In this document: one piece after another, positions 20,229-30,937 of the stretch
How the letters are laid out: each line of letters starts with the position of its first letter
Numbering within the stretch: position 1 is the stretch's first letter
NCBI GenBank assembly: GCA_963726255.1
Contig: CAVSBL010000002.1
Location: 2,016,001-2,080,000 of the forward strand
DNA length: 64,000 nt
Reading direction: 5' to 3'
DNA from: Candidatus Bathyarchaeota archaeon
Lineage (GTDB): Archaea; Thermoproteota; Bathyarchaeia; 40CM-2-53-6
The notes under the pieces: model-generated
Database searches by the model: none
What the model was told of the DNA's origin: nothing
Seen by the model: only the letters and a program-made list of their open reading frames with translations
Program-made: the position numbers and the translations under genes

Positions 20229-20858
20229 TTGGAAGTCACAGTCCAGGAAGCTATCAGAACTCTGCGCAGCATGCGGCGCCTCAAGAGTGATCAAGTAGAA
20301 CCGGAGAAGATTCACACGATTCTGAAGGCGGCGGGTATGGCACCGTCAGGTGGAAACTCGCAACCATGGGAGTTCATTCTGATTACCGACCCCACTGTCA
20401 AGGGGCAGCTGCGCGAACTTGCGGTCGAGGGGCTTGAGATATACGCGAGGTCTAACTTGCGGATTCCGAAGGATGCTATTTCGGAATTCCTATCCCCCAC
20501 GAACCCTGTGGCCTCGCTCGCCCAGAATACCAAGGAGGTCCCAGTCCTAATCCTCGCGTGCCTCAACACGAAGCGGGCGAAGCGGCTTACAGATGAGTGG
20601 GCATGGCTGGAGGAGCAATCGAACTGGGCCTCCGTCTTTCCCGCCGTCCAGAACCTTCTACTGTCTGCGCGAGCGCTAGGCTTAGGCACCGCCGTTTCGA
20701 TTTTCCCATTATTTCGAATTGCTGAACTAAAGCGGCTACTTCAACTCCCCGACTTTGTAAAACCAGGAATACTCATTTACGTGGGATACCCCACCACGCG
20801 ATTCAGCGAACCCAAACGATTACCCATTGAAAACTTCATCCACGAAAACAAATGGTAG
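20229..20858 (+). CDS. Nitroreductase family protein
   Basis: RSMRR, APSGGNSQPWEF, AVQNLLLSARALGLGT. Confidence 0.9.
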   Translation: MEVTVQEAIRTLRSMRRLKSDQVEPEKIHTILKAAGMAPSGGNSQPWEFILITDPTVKGQLRELAVEGLEIYARSNLRIPKDAISEFLSPTNPVASLAQNTKEVPVLILACLNTKRAKRLTDEWAWLEEQSNWASVFPAVQNLLLSARALGLGTAVSIFPLFRIAELKRLLQLPDFVKPGILIYVGYPTTRFSEPKRLPIENFIHENKW

Positions 20859-21465
20859 ATGGTCGACCATAACGTCGCAGACTCGTACCCCGTCGGAGCT
20901 GATAGCCCAATTTAGCACCCAAGTAAGAGCATCAGGCGGTTGTTTTGCCGCCGTCCCAAACCTATCCGCTGTAGGCGACTACGTAGTAAAACTAGCTTTA
21001 GCAGCAAAAGCAAAGCAGGTAGTGGTCTGCGGCAATGCAATAGCGTCCATCTTCGCCTCTGGAGTCACTGTGCCATTCCAGGTCGCAAGTTCCGTGAAAA
21101 TGGATAGGAAGAGTTTCTTTGAAACGCTACAGTCGGCGGAGATCGGAATTTCCACTGCCGACCTTGGCGTTGCGGATACTGGGACATTGATCATTTCGAC
21201 AACGAATGAATCCGACCGGCTCGTCACAGCGCTGCCGATAATCCATGTCGCTGTTCTTCCCCGTTCCAAACTCGTGTTCTCGCTCGAAGATGCGTCACAG
21301 TATATTTCCCAACTCCTCACCAAGGATTCCAAAGCGGTCTCTATCTCACTCATTTCAGCCTCAAGTAGGACCTCTGATGTTGGGGGCATCACAATTATGG
21401 GCGCGCATGGGCCGAAAGAGTTGCACGTTCTACTTCTCGATGGAGAACTTCCTGGTGAGTCGTAG
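20859..21465 (+). CDS. lutC: LUD domain protein (LutC/YkgG-like); start uncertain
   Basis: GVADTGTL and LISASSRTSDV...GAHGPKELHV motifs; the true start lies after the nitroreductase stop, within ORF 20827..21465. Confidence 0.8.
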
Positions 21466-21467
21466 CT

Positions 21468-23597
21468 ATGGATAGTACCGGCCTCGAAGCCCATGAACGA
21501 CTGATCAGCAAAGTCCGGGACGGCATCGCTGACAAGCGGCGAAGGGCTCAACTATACCTCGGGACTGAGGGCGACCGGGAAGCAAGCGAAAAAGCGTATG
21601 CGGCTCTTCCCAACGGGGACTCGTTGCTTCAAGAAGCGCGGAGAATCAAACGTGAATCAATAGGGAACTTAGACGAGAACGCTAAACAGTTCACTAAGGC
21701 CGCAAATGCGTCTGGGGTGCAGGTGCATTTTGTTCAGGACGGAGCGGCCGCCGTCCGAATGATAATCGACCTAGCCCGCAGGGCAGGAGCCAAGCATGTT
21801 GCCAAAGCAAAGTCGATGACCGGCGAGGAGATTGAGCTTCGCCAGCATCTCGAGGAGGAGGGTTTTGACGTTGTCGAGACGGATCTTGGTGAACGCATAA
21901 TCCAGATTGCCCACCAAAGGCCATCCCACATTACAGCCCCGGCACTCCACCTGACTGTGGAACAGATTACTGAACTCTTCTCAAAGAACCTAGGAAGGGA
22001 GCTGCCTCCGGACCCGGGGATGATCACGGCGGTCGCGCGAGAATCTCTGCGTAGCAAGTTCCTGCAGGCTGATGTTGGAATTACCGGAGCGAACTTTGCG
22101 ATTGCCGATTCGGGTGCGATCGTGATTGTAAGCAATGAGGGCAATGCCCGCCTTGTCACAGCCCTTCCGCGCATGACCATAGCCATTCTGGGTTCAGAGA
22201 AGATAGTGCCAAACGCAGCTGATGCGATCACGCTGCTGCAAGCGTTGATATTGAGCTCAGCGGCTCGAAAATTAACCAGCTACGTCAGCATCGTAAGAGG
22301 TGGGAGTAAGCTCGCCCAAACGGGCCAGGAACAGGAACAGCATGTTATCGTCATTGACAACGGTCGTTCGAGAATGTTGGCCGACCCGAACTTCCGTGAG
22401 GCCTTGTACTGTTTACGTTGCGGAGCTTGCATGGATGCGTGTCCCACCTTCAGGTTACTCGGAGGTCACGTCTTCGGCCACGTCTACCCCGGCCCCATAG
22501 GAATTCCTTGGACTGAGTATACGGCAAGCCCGGACGCCGCAGGGGAGTTTGCACCTCTCTGCATTTCGTGCGGCTTATGCCAACGCGTCTGCCCGGAGGA
22601 TATCAACATACCCCTACTCATAGCCCAAGTCAAAGAAAGATACACTGAACGGCACGGGCAACTATCAATAAACAAAACCCTATGCAATTATGAAACGTTC
22701 GTTAGCTTCGCAAGCGCAACATCCCCAGTCTCCAACTTTCTACTGAGCCGCAAGGCCTTCCGCTTCATGCTCCAAACCTTTCTGGGCTTAGATTCTCGCC
22801 GGCCTTTTCCAAAGTTCACTCGGCACACGTTCAAGAAATGGTTCAGCTCACGGACATCCAGCGGCTCAAGATCAGTAGCCTATTTCGTTGACACCTACGC
22901 CGACATGTGCGAACCGGAAATTGGCAAAGCGGTCGTCGGAATCCTAGAATACAACGATTGCCGGGTGATTCTGCCGAAACAGGTCGGCAGCGGAATCCCT
23001 GCCTTCCTCTATGGTGACATGAAGCGAACGGCACGTGCAGCCGAATTCAATGTCCCCCAACTTGCCGAGGCCGTAAGGAGTGGCTGTGAAATAGTTTCTT
23101 CAGAGCCAACGGCAACCTACTGCCTGAAAGAACTCTACCCTAGGCTGCTAAGCTCTGATGAAACCCGTCTGGTCGCAGCTCATTCTCACGACCTCTTCGA
23201 TTACCTATTAGAATTACACAGGGAGGGAAAGCTGAGAAACTTTCCAAGGGCCAACATGCAACCAGTCGCGTATTACTCACCATGCCACACGAGAAGTGTT
23301 TACGGAAAATCCAACGCGCTGGAAGTTCTGAAGCTCGCAGGAATAGACGTACGACCTGTAAGGTACAACACATGCTGCGGAATCGCGGGGACCTTCGGAT
23401 TCAAGAAAGGCCCCGAAGGGTATGATGTTTCTATGGCAATTGGCGAAACACTCTTTGAGAGGCTGAAAGCCCTAGGCCTTAGCCAAGTCATGACAGAGAG
23501 CAGCGTTTGTAAGATGCAAATAGAGCACGGCACGTCGCTGCCAGCTATCCATCCCGCCGTCGCCTTATGGAACCTGTGCCAAGCCTCTCGCAGCTGA
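21468..23597 (+). CDS. lutB: LutB-like LUD + 4Fe-4S protein fused to CCG (LutA/GlpC-like) domains; lactate utilisation
   Basis: ETDLGE, PSHITAPALH, SNEGNARL, CLRCGACMDACP, CISCGLCQRVCP, CCGIAGTFG. Confidence 0.88.
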   Translation: MDSTGLEAHERLISKVRDGIADKRRRAQLYLGTEGDREASEKAYAALPNGDSLLQEARRIKRESIGNLDENAKQFTKAANASGVQVHFVQDGAAAVRMIIDLARRAGAKHVAKAKSMTGEEIELRQHLEEEGFDVVETDLGERIIQIAHQRPSHITAPALHLTVEQITELFSKNLGRELPPDPGMITAVARESLRSKFLQADVGITGANFAIADSGAIVIVSNEGNARLVTALPRMTIAILGSEKIVPNAADAITLLQALILSSAARKLTSYVSIVRGGSKLAQTGQEQEQHVIVIDNGRSRMLADPNFREALYCLRCGACMDACPTFRLLGGHVFGHVYPGPIGIPWTEYTASPDAAGEFAPLCISCGLCQRVCPEDINIPLLIAQVKERYTERHGQLSINKTLCNYETFVSFASATSPVSNFLLSRKAFRFMLQTFLGLDSRRPFPKFTRHTFKKWFSSRTSSGSRSVAYFVDTYADMCEPEIGKAVVGILEYNDCRVILPKQVGSGIPAFLYGDMKRTARAAEFNVPQLAEAVRSGCEIVSSEPTATYCLKELYPRLLSSDETRLVAAHSHDLFDYLLELHREGKLRNFPRANMQPVAYYSPCHTRSVYGKSNALEVLKLAGIDVRPVRYNTCCGIAGTFGFKKGPEGYDVSMAIGETLFERLKALGLSQVMTESSVCKMQIEHGTSLPAIHPAVALWNLCQASRS

Positions 23598-23604
23598 GAA
23601 CCTG

Positions 23605-24846
23605 CTACGGTTGCTTTGCGCTACAGTAGGGGCATGTAGTGGATCCAAGGGGAAGTTGCGCACCGCATTGAATGCAGTACCGCGCTTGGCCAAGTTGTGC
23701 CGGAGGCAATGTTGGTTGACCAGTTGCGGGCAATTCCAGTTGTTGCCTTGTCTGGATTGTTTTCATCAAATCGTCCCGTGTGACTACGCCAAGCAGTCGG
23801 TCGCCCTCCGTAACCAGAATCATTTCAACTCTCTCGCGCGCCATTCTTTGTAACGCATCCAGTGCCGATACTCCCGGCTGAATCATGGGTGCGCGCTCGA
23901 TGGGGATCATTGCTTGAGCCACCGTTTCTGTAATCCTCTGCTCTTTCGGAATAGCTCGCGCAGACTGCAATGTAACGAGCCCCAAGAGCCGGCCGTCTTT
24001 CATCACCGGGTACCCGGCATGTGGATGGACTAGAAGGTAGTCGGACACTAGCTGTTGCACTGTAATGTCGGGGGGCACTGTCAGGACTCCTTGAGTCATA
24101 ATGCTCCCTACCGTTAGCCCCGTCAAGGTTTCACCAATGAGCGTTTGCCTTAGGCTCGTCTCGGCACCGGATTTGATGAACCATCCGAGGACAACGATCC
24201 AGATTCCATCTACGAAGTCGCCGAAGATTATTGCAACAAAGCCACCCAACATCATGAGAAGTGAGAGTCCCTCACTAACGCGTGTGGCAGTCCGCGTAGC
24301 GCCAACAAGGTTCTTGGAATGTTTCCAAAGGCTACCGCGAAAAACTCGCCCGCCGTCTAGCGGGAACGCGGGAAGTAAGTTAAACGCGCCCAGAACCGCG
24401 TTGATGAGGGCTCCATAGCCCACGGTCGCCGTTACTACGATGGGTACGCTCGCTGCCTGTGCTATGTACCAAAAACCTCCCAAAACACCGGCGATCATGA
24501 AACTCATCAACGGTCCGGCTGCTGCCATGCGGATCTCCAGACCCGCGTCCTGTGGTTCCTCAGTCATTTCCGACACTCCGCCAAAGAAGAAGAGCGTAAT
24601 TCTGGCAATTGGCAAACCATTCTTCTTCGCAATATACGAGTGGGAGAGTTCGTGGATGAGCACAGAAGCGAACAGAACTATTGCGGAGGCAATCCCAATC
24701 GTCCAGTACGTTACGGGACTTAGGCCGGGGTATTGGTGGGGCATATACCCATAAGCCAATGACCAAGCGATCAAAACGAAAACTAACCATAACGTGTAGT
24801 GAATTCTAACCGGAATTCCCATAATCTTCCCAAGCCTAATTGACAA
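23605..24846 (-). CDS. Site-2 protease (M50) with CBS pair and C-terminal zinc ribbon
   Basis: HELSH, FNLLPAFPLDGGR, CBS motifs, CIQC...CPYC. Confidence 0.92.
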   Translation of the reverse strand: MSIRLGKIMGIPVRIHYTLWLVFVLIAWSLAYGYMPHQYPGLSPVTYWTIGIASAIVLFASVLIHELSHSYIAKKNGLPIARITLFFFGGVSEMTEEPQDAGLEIRMAAAGPLMSFMIAGVLGGFWYIAQAASVPIVVTATVGYGALINAVLGAFNLLPAFPLDGGRVFRGSLWKHSKNLVGATRTATRVSEGLSLLMMLGGFVAIIFGDFVDGIWIVVLGWFIKSGAETSLRQTLIGETLTGLTVGSIMTQGVLTVPPDITVQQLVSDYLLVHPHAGYPVMKDGRLLGLVTLQSARAIPKEQRITETVAQAMIPIERAPMIQPGVSALDALQRMARERVEMILVTEGDRLLGVVTRDDLMKTIQTRQQLELPATGQPTLPPAQLGQARYCIQCGAQLPLGSTTCPYCSAKQP

Positions 24847-25014
24847 ATTCTACGGCCTCACACTTCGCCTACGACATACGAATCGGGAACGTTACTGAAA
24901 AGTGCTTCCAATCTACTGAAGCCAGCCCTCAAGACATGAATGCCATCTGCGGGACTGCTAGGAAAAGGTTTTTTGCGAACGGCCTTTCCTCGCGAACCGG
25001 TTGGAGATACGGAG

Positions 25015-26166
25015 TTGGAAACGAAACAGCTGATCATGTTGCCTGGGCCGACAAACATTCCGACGCATGTCGCGAATGCGATGCTGCGGCCTATGATTAA
25101 CCATCGTGGGCCGGAGTTTCGCGAACTTCATTCACGAATAATCGATAACGCGAAATACGTTTTCGGTACAAAAAACGACTTATTTGTTCTATCCGCGTCT
25201 GGAACGGGAGGTGTGGAGTGCGCCGTTCGAAACATTTGCTCGCCGGGCAGTAAGATCATTGTGCCCGTCAACGGGGTTTTCAGCCAGCGTTTTCTGGAGG
25301 CCGTGAAATTACTCGGCGGCCAAGGTGTCGAAATACCTGTTGAGTGGGGTAACGCCGTAACCGTCGGCCAGATTGAGGAAGCCCTCAAGAGGAATCCCCA
25401 GGTTACAGCCGTAGCGATAATCTACAATGAAACGTCAACGGGAGTAACCACGCCTGACCTGAAGCAAATAGGCGAAGTCTGCCACAAGCATGGCGCACTC
25501 TTTCTCGTTGACGCCATATCAATTCAAGGCGGCGTTCCACTTCCAGTTGATGAGTGGGCGGTGGACATCTGCGTAACTGGCAGTCAGAAATGCCTCATGA
25601 CCCCGCCAGGGCTCGCCCTCATCTCCGTGAGCCAGAAAGCATGGGACGTCATCAAGAATGCCCCTCGCTCTTACTACTTCGACCTTCAACTCTGCAAACA
25701 GTTCTGGGATGAGAATAAAGAAACCCCCTACACTCCTGCCGTGACCCTTTTCTTCGCGTTGGATGAGGCGTTGCAAATGATCCGCGAAGAAGGCCTTGAG
25801 AAACGCTTCAAGAGGCATGCAACCTGCGCTAGCGCCATGTACGCCGCAGTAGAAGCCATGGGCCTGGAAGGCTACGCACGAAAACCAGTCAGATCAAACA
25901 CTGTCGTAGCAATCAAATATCCGACCGGCATTGATGACAAAAACTTCCGAGGCACTCTCAACAAAAAGTACCGAGTGGTGGTTGCTGGCGGCATGGGCAA
26001 AACGAAGGGACAGTTGTTCCGCATCGGAATAATGGGAAGCGTTTCAGAATTCGAAATCTTAGCCACGGCAACAGCGGTCGAATCCGCCTTAATAGAACAA
26101 GGTCACAAACTCAAACCGGGAGAAGGCGCAGAGGCTGCGCGTGCAGTTTTCGCCAAGACACCCTAA
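25015..26166 (+). CDS. Class V PLP aminotransferase (alanine-glyoxylate/serine-pyruvate type)
   Basis: MLPGPT, NETSTG, VDAISI, TGSQKCL (PLP lysine), TPYTP; TTG at 25015 preferred as start. Confidence 0.92.
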   Translation: METKQLIMLPGPTNIPTHVANAMLRPMINHRGPEFRELHSRIIDNAKYVFGTKNDLFVLSASGTGGVECAVRNICSPGSKIIVPVNGVFSQRFLEAVKLLGGQGVEIPVEWGNAVTVGQIEEALKRNPQVTAVAIIYNETSTGVTTPDLKQIGEVCHKHGALFLVDAISIQGGVPLPVDEWAVDICVTGSQKCLMTPPGLALISVSQKAWDVIKNAPRSYYFDLQLCKQFWDENKETPYTPAVTLFFALDEALQMIREEGLEKRFKRHATCASAMYAAVEAMGLEGYARKPVRSNTVVAIKYPTGIDDKNFRGTLNKKYRVVVAGGMGKTKGQLFRIGIMGSVSEFEILATATAVESALIEQGHKLKPGEGAEAARAVFAKTP

Positions 26167-26212
26167 GCACGGTTAACCGCGAGGCTGCCCAAACCTACGC
26201 AACGGAGGGGCA

Positions 26213-26917
26213 ATGTCTTCGAGGATACTTGCTTTCACGGATTTTCATGGCAATCATGAGGCATATCGGCACGCGAAAGAGCTGATTGCGAATAAGAAAC
26301 CGGATTTCGTGATAGTCGCAGGAGACATCGTTAACCGCGATTCTAACCGAGCGAAACAATTCCTATTCGACTTGGCATCGGCCGGGCCTCCTGTTTACTT
26401 TGTCCCAGGGAACATGGACAGTGACGAACTGGGAGACTGGCCAGGAGGCGAAAACGTTCACGCACTCCATGCGCGATGCGAAAACATGGAGGCTGTGAGC
26501 CTGATTGGTCTAGGCGGATCGCCGCACGGTCCCTTTCGAACCATCTTCGAATACAGCGAGAATGAAGCCTCGGGGCTGATCGAGGCGGCGGCCAAAAGTT
26601 ACCGAGAAGGACAACTGATTTTCGTGTCACACTGCCCACCCAAGAACACGAAACTCGATCAAGTTACCAGTGGTGAGCATGTTGGGAGCACGGCTGTTCG
26701 AGAATTTGTTGAAAAGAGGCAGCCGATGCTAGTTGTTTCGGGTCATGTTCACGAAGCCCAAGGCACCGATACTATCGGTCCGTCCATTCTAGTGAACACT
26801 GGACCAGCCCAGCTAGGACAGTACGCCGAAATAACTCTCGGAGACAATGTCACAGTGAAATTTGGAAGATTTTCTAAATCGAATGGTGGCGTGAATCATT
26901 TGTATGGAGAAAAGTAG
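26213..26917 (+). CDS. Metallophosphoesterase (Icc-like)
   Basis: DFHG, AGD, PGNMD, SHCPP, GHVHE. Confidence 0.9.
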   Translation: MSSRILAFTDFHGNHEAYRHAKELIANKKPDFVIVAGDIVNRDSNRAKQFLFDLASAGPPVYFVPGNMDSDELGDWPGGENVHALHARCENMEAVSLIGLGGSPHGPFRTIFEYSENEASGLIEAAAKSYREGQLIFVSHCPPKNTKLDQVTSGEHVGSTAVREFVEKRQPMLVVSGHVHEAQGTDTIGPSILVNTGPAQLGQYAEITLGDNVTVKFGRFSKSNGGVNHLYGEK

Positions 26918-26982
26918 CGGCCTGTGGCGGCAAGTTATTATGAGCCTGATTCCTAATCGAGCGGGAATTAACTAAGGAGTGT

Positions 26983-28146
26983 ATGATAGTGCCTAGGCGA
27001 GCACGCCATCGAAGGGTAAGAGCTTTTCGAGTTGTTCGGCGAGAAACTATCGCCGTCCTCTTGGTGCTCGTCGTAGCCTTAGGCTCGCTTGCCGCGTACT
27101 ACGCCCTCGCCCTCAGTGCGGAGAAATCAACCAGCCTAGACCCAGCGCAAATCTACGCTAACGCAAGTAATAGCGTCGTAACTATCCAAGGATACAAGGA
27201 TCAGGCTGTGGATACTGGGACGGGCGTGGGAACAAGTTGGGTTGGCATCTATGCTTCAGGATTTGTCGTGCAATACTCAGGGTCGTATTACGTTGTAACG
27301 AACTTTCACGTAGTAAACTCCCTCGTCAATACGACGGTAACTTTCTGGAATGGTGATGCTTTCAGAGGAAACGTTGTAGGTTTGGATGCTTACGCCGATT
27401 TGGGTTTAGTTTCTACGCAGGCCCCATCTCAAGAGTATTCTCCATTGGAATTTGCTCCGTCATCCGCACTCAGGGTTGGTGAGCCTGTGGTTGCGATCGG
27501 AAACCCGTACGGATATGCGGGCACGATAACGTACGGGATCGTAAGCCATACTGGGAGGACGATAAGTTATGATACTGGTTCAGGTTCCACAGGGTACCCT
27601 ATCGCTGACGCGATACAATTCAGCGCGCCGATAAACCCTGGCAATTCGGGAGGCCCGCTGTTGACCGGTGATGGAAGGGTAGTTGGAATCACAACGGCTG
27701 GAATAACCGGTGCAGAAGGCCTTGGTTTCGCGATACCGTCAGACACTATCATGCGCGAGCTTCCATCTCTAATGACAACGGGCAAGTATGACAAGCATCC
27801 TTACCTAGGTGTTCAAGTGGCGGATATGACCTATGAACTGTCAAAAGTTGCAGGTTCCAATGTGACCTATGGTGTATTGATCGAGAAGACTGTCCAAGGT
27901 AGCCCGGCAGCTCAATCCGGCCTCAGAAGCGGAACCAACAATGTTAACGTCAGCGGCCAATCCTACCTCATCGGTGGAGACATCATCATATCAATTGATG
28001 GAACCAGGATTGTCAACTACGACTCGATGTCAACGTACCTTGAACGGAATACGTTTCCAGGTCAAACCATACAAGTTGGCATTATCAGGTCAGGTACCTT
28101 TATGGTCGTTCAAGTAGTGCTGGGCGCAAGGCCCCCCATCTCTTGA
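26983..28146 (+). CDS. htrA: HtrA/DegP-like trypsin serine protease with PDZ domain, membrane anchored
   Basis: TNFHVV, DLGLV and INPGNSGGPL triad motifs; PDZ GLRSG...GDII. Confidence 0.92.
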   Translation: MIVPRRARHRRVRAFRVVRRETIAVLLVLVVALGSLAAYYALALSAEKSTSLDPAQIYANASNSVVTIQGYKDQAVDTGTGVGTSWVGIYASGFVVQYSGSYYVVTNFHVVNSLVNTTVTFWNGDAFRGNVVGLDAYADLGLVSTQAPSQEYSPLEFAPSSALRVGEPVVAIGNPYGYAGTITYGIVSHTGRTISYDTGSGSTGYPIADAIQFSAPINPGNSGGPLLTGDGRVVGITTAGITGAEGLGFAIPSDTIMRELPSLMTTGKYDKHPYLGVQVADMTYELSKVAGSNVTYGVLIEKTVQGSPAAQSGLRSGTNNVNVSGQSYLIGGDIIISIDGTRIVNYDSMSTYLERNTFPGQTIQVGIIRSGTFMVVQVVLGARPPIS

Positions 28147-28306
28147 AACCCGAATACTACGCCTTCAAGGCCCTTTGAAAACTTCTGTCGCAGCTTTCTA
28201 GCACGAGTTCATTGACAAACCGATTAAGTACGCTTAAGTCGGCGAATCTTCTCTCCGGTAAGTGTCATAAAGCCTTGAATGGTGATTCGTAGGTTCGGCA
28301 TTCAAA

Positions 28307-29137
28307 TTGATTGACATGCTTGTCGTTCTACTCATCTCGGTTCTTGCTGGCTTCCTAGGCGCCCTAACCGGCCTTGGTGGTGGAAGCATCATGATTCCGA
28401 TATTGGTTGCTTTCGAAGTACCCCTGAAGTATGCAATCGCCGCAAGCATGGTGACTATTATCGCCACATCAAGCGGTTCGGCGGCATCATACGTACGAGA
28501 ACGCATAACGAACGTAAAGGCCGCATTCTACCTAGAAATGTTCACAATAATAGGAGCAATCATCGGGGCTACCATAACATCGTTCATTCAGCCTCGGTTC
28601 TTGTACTTCTTTTTCGCAGCGTTTCTTCTGACCTCCTTCCTGGGTTTGTCGGGGCACCTGAGCGAGGAATTTCCAACGCGAATGAAACAGGACAAGTTTT
28701 CACGATGGCTGGAGCTGGAGGGCAGTTACTACGATGAGGCTGCTAAGAAAAAAGTCAACTACAAAATGAAAAACGCCCTTTGGGGCGGTCCTGGGATGAT
28801 GATTGCAGGGTTAGCTGCTGGAATGCTGGGCATCGGTGCTGGCGCCTTCAAAGTCTCAATACATGAACTGATTTTGAAAATGCCTTCCAAAGTTTCCAGC
28901 ACGACCAGTAACTTCATCATTGGGATAACCGCCTTGGCAGGTGCAAGTGTCTACTTCGCGTCGGGCCTACTTTTCCTCGGCCTAGCTGCACCGATGGCTG
29001 TGGGAACGACTAGCGGCGCGGTGGTAGGCGGGCGAATTTTGAACCATTTACCCAATCGAATGGTAAGGTACCTATTCCTCATAGTAGTGGTCGTGCTGAT
29101 CGTCCAAATGCTCTACAAGGGGACAACTTCACCATGA
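28307..29137 (+). CDS. TauE/SafE sulfite exporter family protein
   Basis: GALTGLGGG, GMLGIGAG and KVSSTTSNF motifs. Confidence 0.88.
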   Translation: MIDMLVVLLISVLAGFLGALTGLGGGSIMIPILVAFEVPLKYAIAASMVTIIATSSGSAASYVRERITNVKAAFYLEMFTIIGAIIGATITSFIQPRFLYFFFAAFLLTSFLGLSGHLSEEFPTRMKQDKFSRWLELEGSYYDEAAKKKVNYKMKNALWGGPGMMIAGLAAGMLGIGAGAFKVSIHELILKMPSKVSSTTSNFIIGITALAGASVYFASGLLFLGLAAPMAVGTTSGAVVGGRILNHLPNRMVRYLFLIVVVVLIVQMLYKGTTSP

Positions 29138-29520
29138 AAAGGGGTCGGAATGAAGAGGGCCTCGAACTGGCGATAAGCTATGTTCTAATTACGGGCGTGC
29201 TGGCCAGCGTCGCGGTCGAAACGTTTGGGATCGTAAGCTACTATTTGGCAAACGGAAACCTGAACATACTCTTCCAGCCAAGCTCCGCGATGAAGGGAAC
29301 AGATTTTTTCAGCTACACGACGAAGCTGGCACAACAACTTTCGGTGGGGGTACTAACGCCGATGCAGATACTTGGGTTGGGGATTGTTCTATTGATGATG
29401 ATACCCTACCTGAGAGTGGTGGCCTCCGTTGTGTACTTCGGTTTGGCTAAGAACCCAAAATATCTGTTCATAACCCTGTTCGTTCTGATTGTCCTAACCG
29501 CGAGCCTCTTGAAACACTAA
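29134..29520 (+). CDS. DUF1634-like membrane protein
   Basis: ISYVLITGV and LGIVLLMMIPYLRV motifs; usual partner downstream of TauE/SafE. Confidence 0.75.
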   Translation: MKRGRNEEGLELAISYVLITGVLASVAVETFGIVSYYLANGNLNILFQPSSAMKGTDFFSYTTKLAQQLSVGVLTPMQILGLGIVLLMMIPYLRVVASVVYFGLAKNPKYLFITLFVLIVLTASLLKH

Positions 29521-29626
29521 CCCTTAGGCAACGGTTTGCAACACTTTGTGGCTCAGAGTGGACGCTTGTTCTAAGCGCGTTTCACGTAAGGGCTTCATCA
29601 GAGCAATTGGAGGTGAACTTGAAGAA

Positions 29627-30031
29627 ATGACGGAGGAGAAACCAACTGCCGCCTTCATACTTTCGTTGCTGGCGGGCGTCTTCATCCTTCTCGGTGGAGG
29701 TATGATGACAATGATAGGATTATGGTTAGGCAATTACGGTATGACGAATTACTATGGCAGATGGGGAGGAATGATGGGAACAGGCTTCGGAATGTTGCGA
29801 TTCGCGTTCGGCGCCATGGGTGTGCTAGGCTTAATCTTCGGAGCCATCGTAATCATCAGCGCTTTAATGCTGAACAGCAAACCCGAGCAGCATCAGACTT
29901 GGGGATCGCTTATTGTGCTCTTCTCAGCGCTCAGCATATTCGGTAGCGCGATGGGCGGTTTTGGCGTTGGCCTTGTTCTCGGCCTTATCGGCGGCATACT
30001 TGCGATAACGTGGAAACCAACCGGGAAATGA
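29627..30031 (+). CDS. Hypothetical Gly-rich membrane protein
   Basis: EKPTAAFILSLLAG...GGFGVGLVLGLIGGILA; ATG at 29627 after GGAGGTG. Confidence 0.7.
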   Translation: MTEEKPTAAFILSLLAGVFILLGGGMMTMIGLWLGNYGMTNYYGRWGGMMGTGFGMLRFAFGAMGVLGLIFGAIVIISALMLNSKPEQHQTWGSLIVLFSALSIFGSAMGGFGVGLVLGLIGGILAITWKPTGK

Positions 30032-30172
30032 GGGGGCCTCATCATCCGGAGTTTCACATTTTTCTGGACTGGATCTGAACAAAAGTCCTCGTAGCTGAGC
30101 TAACCGTTTCTGAAAGCTTAATGTAGAACGGGCAAATCTAGGCTTCGCCTTCACGATTCAAGGTGCTAATGG

Positions 30173-30937
30173 TTGCCGCTCAAGAATAGTGACTTCATAC
30201 TCGCCAACTACAGCCTTAAGATTAAGGAAACCGGCGAGATAGTCGGCACCACGCTCGAGAATGTTGCCAAGGAGGCGAAGCTTTACCGCGGCGAAGAACG
30301 CTACGAACCATTCTTCATCATTGTGGGGGAAGGATGGGTCCCGAAAGGGCTAGACGAAGCCTTGACCGGCATGGAAGTTGGGAAGGCGAACACCATAGAA
30401 CTCCCACCGGACAAAGGATACGGAGTGCGAGATCCGAAGAAGGTTCGTTTGGTCCCGCTTCGCAAATTCACAGCTGAGGGCCTAACTCCCGTCCCAGGGT
30501 TACAAGTGAATGTCGACGGCAAGACGGCGCAAGTCCGCTCGGTTGGCGCCGGCAGGGTCCAAGTCGATTACAACCACCCATTCGCTGGCAAGACCCTGAT
30601 CTACGACCTGACTGTGGAGAAGATTCTTGAGACGGACGAAGACAAAATACGGAGCCTTGTCCACAAACGGATTCCGACCGTGAGCCAAGAGAAGTTCATT
30701 GTCAAAGTAACGCAGGGGAAACTGGAGGTCGAAATACCGGAGGAAGCCTTCTTCCTGGAGGGGTTGCAGGTCGAAAAGCGAACGGTGACGGCCGACATAG
30801 AGAAGTACCTTCCAAAAATCGATACCGTCGTTTTTGTCGAAGTGTTCAAGAAACCTGCCGCCCCAGCTGCTGTTCCAACTCCTGAAGCAGAAGCGATGCC
30901 GGCCGCTCAACCAGCAGCGGCGCCTTCATCTGGCTAG
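30173..30937 (+). CDS. slyD: Long-type archaeal FKBP peptidyl-prolyl isomerase (SlyD-like)
   Basis: GLDEALTGM, PPDKGYGVRDP, VDYNHPFAGKTL. Confidence 0.92.
   Translation: MPLKNSDFILANYSLKIKETGEIVGTTLENVAKEAKLYRGEERYEPFFIIVGEGWVPKGLDEALTGMEVGKANTIELPPDKGYGVRDPKKVRLVPLRKFTAEGLTPVPGLQVNVDGKTAQVRSVGAGRVQVDYNHPFAGKTLIYDLTVEKILETDEDKIRSLVHKRIPTVSQEKFIVKVTQGKLEVEIPEEAFFLEGLQVEKRTVTADIEKYLPKIDTVVFVEVFKKPAAPAAVPTPEAEAMPAAQPAAAPSSG

Noticed and set aside
28220-28305. Small inverted repeats upstream of the TauE/SafE gene
   Set aside because: Imperfect, single-copy and overlapping the likely TATA element; too little to support a call.
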